Of a DNA stretch of 64,000 nucleotides, positions 58,694 through 64,000 are shown piece by piece. The translations under genes were made by a program, and so were the position numbers. The stretch is from Candidatus Gallimonas merdigallinarum. GTDB taxonomy: Bacteria; Bacillota; Clostridia; Christensenellales; Borkfalkiaceae. The DNA lies in contig CAJFLU010000007.1 of the NCBI GenBank assembly GCA_904390485.1, positions 5,009-69,008 on the forward strand. The letters are read 5' to 3'. The notes under the pieces are model-generated. The model had not been told where the DNA came from. It saw only the letters and a program-made list of their open reading frames with translations, and made no database searches. The stretch's first letter is position 1; every line of letters starts with the position of its first letter.

Positions 58694-59989
58694 TTGAAAC
58701 AACAAGAACTAATTGAAATTTTAACGCAACTCAACACTCTTGATTTGAAGGGCGAACAGAAAACTGAAATGACAGCGAAAGTATTGCAGATGGCGGCAGA
58801 TTCCGTTACTCTCGAAACGCTGAAATCGTTACTCGTATCCGACAAATCAAAACAGACGGCAACACCCGTATTCGAGGAAGCCGTCAGACCTTTGGGAAGA
58901 AAGTCAAAACTCGGGTTTACTTTAACGAAAAAGGAGATAAAAAGTATGCCCGAAAAACACAGAAAAATATTTGCCTGTGAAAACAGGATCATTCCGTATC
59001 GCTTTCATAAGGGCGTGTACGAAGCACATTACCGCAGAGACGGTTTCAAAGTATTCGCTTGCGCAAAAGACTTTAACCAAATGCGCAAGAAGTTCGCAGA
59101 AAAGCTGTTAGCGCAGATGAACGGAGAAATGCCTGTAGTTATTATTGAGAAGGCAAAGCCGTATCGCGCCGCGTTATTCCGCGATTATCTGAACGAGTGG
59201 CTTGAAATCAAGCGTAAAACCTGTAAGCCTTCTACTTGCAAGGAATACGAGCGATTATGTAGTTACAATTTAATACCTGCGTTCGGAGAAAAGCGTTTAG
59301 ACGAATTAACTCGTCCTGTACTTCAAAAGTATTTGTTTGATTTGGTAGAAGAAGGGAAACACCGTACAGCGGAGAAATTACAGCAAATCCTGTGTTGCGT
59401 CTTTGATTTAGCAGTGGAAGATTTGAATATCGTTTCCCCGATGAAGAAGATCGTATTGCCGTATCACGAAGCGAAGAAGGGTTCCGCACTTACGAAAGAG
59501 GAAGAACGACAACTTGTAGATTGGTGTATTGCTCACAAGGATAACGAAGCGGCTTCCGCATTGCTTGTGTTGCTCTACTTCGGTTTACGTCGTTCCGAGC
59601 TGATAACCTTAGAGGTTGAAAACGAAATGCTTTCTTGTACCACGAGTAAGGAACGAATGGGGCGAAATGAAGTTAAAAGGAGTATTCCTTTCACGCCCGT
59701 GTTCAAGCGAGTATTGCCATACGTAGACTTTGAGAAGGCAAAGAATACTAATGTGAACACGATTTACACGACCTTCAAGCGGCTATTCCCGAAACGCCAC
59801 ACGCATGAACTAAGGTACAATTTTATTACGAGAGCCAAAGAATCGGGTTGCAATTTGGAAGCGGTTATGCTCTGGGCAGGACATTCTTTCGATAAAGACG
59901 TAAAGAGTTCCGCCGTTGACAGAGGCTATACAGACTACTCCAATGAATACTTGATTCAAGAGGCTCAAAAAATTGACTATCCGTTATAA
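58694..59989 (+). CDS. int: Tyrosine recombinase / integrase
   Basis: SAM-like N-domain, then GLRRSEL (Arg), HELRYNF (H-x-x-R), AGHS, RGYTDY (Tyr). The exact start is uncertain: TTG at 58694 lies very close to the RBS, and ATGs follow at 58769 and 58790. Confidence 0.85.
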   Translation: MKQQELIEILTQLNTLDLKGEQKTEMTAKVLQMAADSVTLETLKSLLVSDKSKQTATPVFEEAVRPLGRKSKLGFTLTKKEIKSMPEKHRKIFACENRIIPYRFHKGVYEAHYRRDGFKVFACAKDFNQMRKKFAEKLLAQMNGEMPVVIIEKAKPYRAALFRDYLNEWLEIKRKTCKPSTCKEYERLCSYNLIPAFGEKRLDELTRPVLQKYLFDLVEEGKHRTAEKLQQILCCVFDLAVEDLNIVSPMKKIVLPYHEAKKGSALTKEEERQLVDWCIAHKDNEAASALLVLLYFGLRRSELITLEVENEMLSCTTSKERMGRNEVKRSIPFTPVFKRVLPYVDFEKAKNTNVNTIYTTFKRLFPKRHTHELRYNFITRAKESGCNLEAVMLWAGHSFDKDVKSSAVDRGYTDYSNEYLIQEAQKIDYPL

Positions 59990-60004
59990 TTAGGATACAT
60001 AAAA

Positions 60005-60042
60005 CTACCCCACATTTTCCCCACAATTTACCCCACAATTTT
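60005..60042 (+). repeat. Arm-type repeat block, right (CTACCCCACATTTT-CCCCACAATTT-ACCCCACAATTTT)
   Basis: Three direct CCCCACAWTT units. Matches 34187-34222. Confidence 0.6.
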
Positions 60043-60074
60043 GAAGTGAGTAGAGGAAAAAGGACAGCAAAAAA

Positions 60075-60108
60075 GGCGATTTTTAGCCTAAAAACGCTAA
60101 AAATCGCC
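60075..60108 (-). terminator. Intrinsic terminator positioned just after the tRNA-like 3' end (minus strand)
   Basis: GGCGATTTTTA-12 nt-TAAAAATCGCC. On the minus strand it is followed by T6 (60069-60074). Confidence 0.6.
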
Positions 60109-60114
60109 CTAAAC

Positions 60115-60159
60115 TGGCTGGGGTAGCTGGATTCGAACCAACGAATGACGGAGTCAGAG
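60115..60159 (-). other. 3' half of tRNA-Gln(CUG) including encoded CCA. Not an intact tRNA.
   Basis: Minus strand reads CTCTGAC (anticodon loop, CUG) TCCGT CATTC GTTGG TTCGAAT CCAGC TACCCCA G CCA. It parallels E. coli tRNA-Gln ...CAUUCCGAGGUUCGAAUCCUCGUACCCCAGCCA (from memory). No 5' half follows. Confidence 0.7.
60145..60159 (+). repeat. attR core (ATGACGGAGTCAGAG)
   Basis: Identical to 34091-34105. Corresponds to the anticodon loop, 3' anticodon stem and part of the variable loop of the tRNA-Gln fragment. Confidence 0.7.
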
Positions 60160-60441
60160 TTTTCTCTTCTTGCGCAGCTCGTCTTTCTGGGGAATTACAT
60201 CGTCAACGGATGCAGAAGTCCGAAGGAGGAGCTCGGGGAGTACAACGCGCTCGCGGATATGATCTATCGGGAGCGGTACGCGCAGACGACGGGCATATGC
60301 GATCGGGAGGCGGCCGAGGAGAACGAGATCGCGGACGTGCGCGACAGACTGTACGACGAGGTGCGGGAATATCTGGAAGCGTTTGAAGAGGACGTACTGC
60401 GGGAAGGGGCGTTCGGGAAGGCGGAGTGCGCCGCCCTGTAA
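60145..60441 (+). pseudogene. Distal part of the interrupted small gene (98-codon ORF starting at the ATG inside the att core)
   Basis: MTESEFSLLAQLVFLGNYIV... continues the frame of 34046-34105. GC-rich like the host. Function unknown. Confidence 0.6.
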
Positions 60442-60470
60442 ACGCCCGCAACTGCATAACGGAACGGGGG

Positions 60471-60510
60471 AGCCGCCCGCGCGCGGAAACGCGCGCGGGC
60501 GGCTTTTTTC
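60471..60510 (+). terminator. Strong intrinsic terminator
   Basis: AGCCGCCCGCGCGCG-GAAA-CGCGCGCGGGCGGCT followed by T6. Confidence 0.85.
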
Positions 60511-60626
60511 GTTGCGGAAAACCGCGCCGTTCCGCCGTTTTTCCCGCTGTAAAACGCGTCGCGCGTCCGCATTGCGGGGCGGCGGAAAATTTTCCGAAAA
60601 AGGTGAAAAAATTTACGGCAAAACGC

Positions 60627-60654
60627 TTGCAAAATCCCGCAGACAGAATATAAT
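60627..60654 (+). promoter_or_regulatory. Sigma-A promoter for the MATE gene
   Basis: TTGCAA - 16 nt - TATAAT. Confidence 0.5.
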
Positions 60655-60695
60655 ATCATGCAGCCGCGGGAAGAGCTGCGGCGGGCAGGAATCTT

Positions 60696-62135
60696 ATGAA
60701 AGATCTCACCAAGGGCAATCCGTTCAAACTCATTTTATTTTTCGCGCTTCCCGTGTTTGTCGGCTGCGTGTTCCAGCAGCTGTACAATATGGCGGATACC
60801 ATCATCGTCGGCAACACCGTCGGCGCGGCGGCGTTTACGGGCGTCGGGCTGACGGGGGCGGTCAACTTTCTCGTTCTCGGGTTCGTCAACGGACTGACGG
60901 CGGGGTTCTCCGTCAAGGTCGCGCAGGCGTTCGGCGCGAACGACGAGGAGAAGATGCGCCGCGCCGTGGGCATGAGCTATCTTTTGTGCATTGTCGTTGC
61001 CGCGGCGGCGACGGCGATCGCCGCGCCGCTCACCGCGCCCCTGCTTCGCCTGATGCAGACGCCCGCCGCCTACTACGATTACGCGTATTGGTACCTGCTC
61101 GTCATTTTCTGCGGGATCGGCGCGACGGTATTTTATAACATAGTGGCGGGACTTCTCCGCGCCGTCGGCGATTCGCGCACGCCGCTCGTCTTTCTCGTCC
61201 TTGCCGCGATCCTGAATGTGGGGCTGGATTTTGCCTTTATCGTCGGATTCAGATGGCATTACTGCGGCGCGGCGATCGCCACCGTGCTCTCGCAGCTCAT
61301 TTCGGGCGCGGCGTGCCTTGTCTATGCGCTCTGCCGCTATCCCGCGCTCCGTCCCAGACGGTCGGATTTCAGATGGGATACCCGCCTCGCGATGGGGCAT
61401 TTTGCCGTCGGGCTGCCCATGGCGTTGCAGTTCTCCATCACCGCCATCGGCTGCATCGTCCAGCAGACCGCGCTCAACGGGCTGGACGCCTCCTATCCCG
61501 GGGCGGTCACGGCGTACACCGCCGCGTCGAAGATCGATAACATCGCCAATCAGGCGTTCGCCGCGCTCGGAACGGCGTTCGCCACCTATGCCGCCCAGAA
61601 CTACGGCGCGGGGGAGTACGGGCGCATCCGCCGCGGCGTCTTTGTGGGCATGGTCTACGTGTTGGCGAGCGCGGTCATCGGGTTCGCCTTCGCCGTCGGG
61701 CTGTGCGAACCGCTCATGAAGCTCTTTCTCAATACCGATCTGAGCGCGGACGTTGCGGACAATTACGACGCGATCATCGGCTACGGCAGGCAGTATCTGC
61801 TGTGGCAGTGCGCGTTCTATCCCTTCCTCGGCGCGATCTTCGTTTTCCGCAACACGTTGCAGGGCATCGGCAAGAGCGCGGTCACGACGTTTGCGGGCGT
61901 CACGGAGCTGGCGGGGCGCATTCTCGCGTCGCTCGTGTTCGTGCGCATCTGGGGATTTGCCGGCATTTGCTCCTCCAACCCCGTCGCGTGGGTCGCCGCC
62001 GTGATGTTCCTCGTTACGACCTACATCGTCGTCATGCGCCGTCAGGCAAAGGGGGAGATCCCCGACGGGCGCACCCGTTCGCACCGCAGAAGGCTGCGCC
62101 GAAGCTGCCGCATCGCCGTCAGGAAGGCTTCCTGA
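60696..62135 (+). CDS. MATE-family efflux transporter
   Basis: LTKGNPFKLILFFALPVFVGCVFQQLYNMADTIIVG N-terminus, 12 TM segments, internal duplication. Confidence 0.85.
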   Translation: MKDLTKGNPFKLILFFALPVFVGCVFQQLYNMADTIIVGNTVGAAAFTGVGLTGAVNFLVLGFVNGLTAGFSVKVAQAFGANDEEKMRRAVGMSYLLCIVVAAAATAIAAPLTAPLLRLMQTPAAYYDYAYWYLLVIFCGIGATVFYNIVAGLLRAVGDSRTPLVFLVLAAILNVGLDFAFIVGFRWHYCGAAIATVLSQLISGAACLVYALCRYPALRPRRSDFRWDTRLAMGHFAVGLPMALQFSITAIGCIVQQTALNGLDASYPGAVTAYTAASKIDNIANQAFAALGTAFATYAAQNYGAGEYGRIRRGVFVGMVYVLASAVIGFAFAVGLCEPLMKLFLNTDLSADVADNYDAIIGYGRQYLLWQCAFYPFLGAIFVFRNTLQGIGKSAVTTFAGVTELAGRILASLVFVRIWGFAGICSSNPVAWVAAVMFLVTTYIVVMRRQAKGEIPDGRTRSHRRRLRRSCRIAVRKAS

Positions 62136-62153
62136 ACAGGATAAAACAGACGA

Positions 62154-62181
62154 AGGATCGCAAACGGAGCGGTCCTTTTTT
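62154..62181 (+). terminator. Intrinsic terminator after the MATE gene
   Basis: AGGATCGC-7 nt-GCGGTCCT followed by T6. Confidence 0.6.
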
Positions 62182-62235
62182 ATGATTTTCTTCCGCCGCC
62201 GATAAATCGCCGCGAAAGGGACAAACTGAACGTAT

Positions 62236-62787
62236 ATGAGTACCCTTCACGCAGAGCGCGGCGGGAAACTGACCGCCGCAATCTCTTTGTTCTTTCTCTT
62301 TTCCTTTCTCGGCTGGGTTCTGGAAAAACTGTGGTTCATATTCGCCTACGGCGCGAACGTCGACAGGGGTTTTCTCACCCTGCCGTTCTGCACGGTGTAC
62401 GGTTCCGCGCTCCTTTTGATCCGCGCCCTGCTCGGCGAACCCTTTCTCCGCGAGCAGTCCTATCCGCGCAACGTCCTGCGCTTTCTGTGCTATGCCGCGC
62501 TCGCCGCACTCATCGCCTCGGCGGCGGAACTTGCAACGGGGCTGTTGTTTGAGCACGCCTTCGGGATACGGCTGTGGTCGTACCGCGACTGCCCGAACAA
62601 CCTGCTCGGCTACGTCTGTCTGCCCGCGAGCGTGGGGTGGGGATTCCTCATTCCGTTCGCCCTGCAAGCGGTCTGGTTCCCGCTCGAACGCCGCCTCGCG
62701 CTCGCGGACGGCGTTGTGCTCCGCGCCGTCAACGGCGTGCTCGCGTGCGCGCTCGTTCTCGACTTCTTTCTCACCGCGTTCGCGTAA
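62236..62787 (+). CDS. Small polytopic membrane protein (putative ABC-transporter type IV / DUF1113-like)
   Basis: FSFLGWVLEKLW ... LWSYRD pattern, 4-5 TM segments. Confidence 0.5.
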   Translation: MSTLHAERGGKLTAAISLFFLFSFLGWVLEKLWFIFAYGANVDRGFLTLPFCTVYGSALLLIRALLGEPFLREQSYPRNVLRFLCYAALAALIASAAELATGLLFEHAFGIRLWSYRDCPNNLLGYVCLPASVGWGFLIPFALQAVWFPLERRLALADGVVLRAVNGVLACALVLDFFLTAFA

Positions 62788-64000
62788 ACACGCGCGCGCC
62801 GTCGAGATACGCCGCTTCGATCTTCACACTTTCCGATTCCTGCGGCGGAAGGGCGAGCGGATCGCGGTCGCAGACGAGAAAATCCGCCCGCATTCCCGTG
62901 CATATCCGTCCGCGGTCGGCAAAGCCGTACTGCCGCGCGGCGTTTTGGGTGAGCGCAAGAAGGGCGTTCCGCACGGAGATCTCCTGCCCGCGGAAGCGCG
63001 TGCCGTCCGCCGTCGTCCGCAATGCGGCGCACGCCGCCGCTTCGAGGGGCGCGGGCTTGCAGACGGGGGTATCCTGATGCAGCGTGAAGGGAATGCCGAA
63101 TGTAAGCGCGCTCCGCGCGGGCGAAATGCGCGCCGCCCGCTCCCTGCCGAGGTTTTTCAGGTGCGTTTCGCCCCAATAGCGGATATGCGCGGGGAAGAAG
63201 GAGACGGTCACGCCGAGCGCCGCGGCGCGGGAGAGCTGGTCGTCGCCGATGATCTGCCCGTGAATGAGCACAGGGCGGATGCGCGCGCGGTCGGCGGGGG
63301 AGAGCCGTCCGAGCGCGCCGAGGAAGCGTTCCGCCGCGCCGTCTCCGTTGCAGTGCGCGAGGAGCTGCGCGCCGCGGGCGGCGGCAAAGGCGCACGCCTC
63401 GTCCGCCTCCCGCTCCGTCATCGTGGGCGTTCCGTATCCGCCGCCGCGGTACGGCTCCCGTAAAAAGGCGGTCCGCTGCTGCGGCGACCCGTCGAAAAAG
63501 ATCTTCATGCCGCCGATATGCAGGCGGCTTTTTTCGTGCGGCGGAAAGCGGCGGAGCGCCTCGTCGTAGTCGGAGGGCGCGGGGTAGGCGACCACGTCCG
63601 CGCGCAGACAGCCGCGCGACAGGAGCGCCTCGTAGAGGGGGAACATTTCGCGCGAAAGCAGCCCTTCCTGCGCAACGCTGATCCCGCCCGCGAAATAGTC
63701 GTCCTGCGCCTGCGCAAAGGCGGAAAAGACCGCGTCCGTCCCGGGCATGGGTACGCGCTTCGCCGCCGCGAGGTACTCCGTCTCTTCGAGCGCGCCCGCG
63801 CGCACGCCTCTGAGAACGCGCCGCGCCGCGGCGTTGAACATTCCCGCGTGACCCGACCGCGCCTGCAAATGCAGGGGGCGCGGCGTTTCGTCCAGCGCGT
63901 CGGGCGGGGGAAAGCGGTCGGCGTTTTTCACGGTGACGAACGCGTTCTCTGAAAGATGATGCGCGCGTGCGAACGTCTCCGCGCAGGCGATATACTCTTC
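62771..64000 (-). CDS. Amidohydrolase family protein (Amidohydro_3-like), partial, N-terminus beyond window
   Basis: The frame stays open from 63931 to the window edge (23 further sense codons). MKIFFDGS, LLAHCNGD, VLIHGQ, TLHQDTPV, GMRADFLVCD. Confidence 0.7.
   Translation of the reverse strand, partial: EEYIACAETFARAHHLSENAFVTVKNADRFPPPDALDETPRPLHLQARSGHAGMFNAAARRVLRGVRAGALEETEYLAAAKRVPMPGTDAVFSAFAQAQDDYFAGGISVAQEGLLSREMFPLYEALLSRGCLRADVVAYPAPSDYDEALRRFPPHEKSRLHIGGMKIFFDGSPQQRTAFLREPYRGGGYGTPTMTEREADEACAFAAARGAQLLAHCNGDGAAERFLGALGRLSPADRARIRPVLIHGQIIGDDQLSRAAALGVTVSFFPAHIRYWGETHLKNLGRERAARISPARSALTFGIPFTLHQDTPVCKPAPLEAAACAALRTTADGTRFRGQEISVRNALLALTQNAARQYGFADRGRICTGMRADFLVCDRDPLALPPQESESVKIEAAYLDGARVFTRTR

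Larger units (their letters stand above)
34091..60159 (+). mobile_element. Integrative mobilizable element (~26 kb) with tyrosine integrase, MobV relaxase and glycan-utilisation cargo
   Basis: 15-bp direct repeats, a restored host reading frame, integrase plus tRNA-derived attP arm at the right end, shared arm-type repeat blocks near both ends, AT-rich backbone. Confidence 0.75.

Noticed and set aside
60115-60200. Possible intact tRNA gene on the minus strand
   Set aside because: Only the segment from the anticodon loop to CCA is present. The sequence beyond 60159 cannot supply the 5' anticodon stem, D-arm or 5' acceptor strand (CTGGGGT is absent). It is kept as an attP-derived fragment, not a gene.
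60735-62084. 449-aa minus-strand ORF, plus the 60383-61138, 61216-61719 and 61703-62185 plus-strand ORFs
   Set aside because: Antisense to or out of frame with the MATE transporter gene, which has a clear 12-TM pattern. Arg/Gly-rich junk composition.
62492-63463. 323-aa plus-strand and 261-aa minus-strand (62610-63395) ORFs
   Set aside because: They overlap the amidohydrolase gene in other frames or on the other strand. Arg-rich, no motifs.

Overview
This 64-kb chromosomal window comes from a GC-rich, spore-forming Firmicute (Clostridia-like), judging from spoVT / yabM-like / yabN-mazG synteny followed by dus, gyrB and gyrA. It has four blocks. (1) 1-17.5 kb is an AT-rich, compositionally mosaic Wzx/Wzy-type surface-glycan locus. 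It holds a partial GDP-mannose fusion enzyme, GT4 and GT2 transferases, a Wzy/O-antigen-ligase-like protein and rfbA/B/D/C. It also holds a 3,4-ketoisomerase + aminotransferase + FemAB-like acyltransferase branch, Wzx, and a TagF-like phosphotransferase with a cytidylyltransferase + SDR pair. (2) 17.5-34 kb is GC-rich core genome: an AlbA_2-domain ORF, an XRE regulator, spoVT, a MOP flippase, mazG/yabN, dus, gyrB, gyrA, a PHP phosphatase, an NlpC/P60 lipoprotein, an alpha/beta hydrolase, a SecB-like protein and a double-HTH XRE protein. Its intergenic regions carry two families of structured repeats and a 31-bp tandem repeat. (3) 34.09-60.16 kb is the main finding, a roughly 26-kb integrative mobilizable element bounded by 15-bp direct repeats. 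It interrupts a small protein-coding gene and carries an intact tyrosine integrase and a MobV relaxase that looks degenerate. Its attP arm reproduces the 3' half of tRNA-Gln(CUG) plus CCA and a terminator. Its cargo is a complete Gram-positive glycan-utilisation locus: an AraC regulator, an ABC importer, six lipoproteins including GH43-CBM32 and two esterases, and cytoplasmic GH42, GH36, GH2 and an uncharacterised clan-GH-D-like protein. (4) 60.2-64 kb holds the distal part of the interrupted gene, a MATE transporter, a small membrane protein and a partial amidohydrolase. I found no rRNA, intact tRNA or CRISPR array. All family assignments rest on motif recognition by eye and need HMM or BLAST confirmation.
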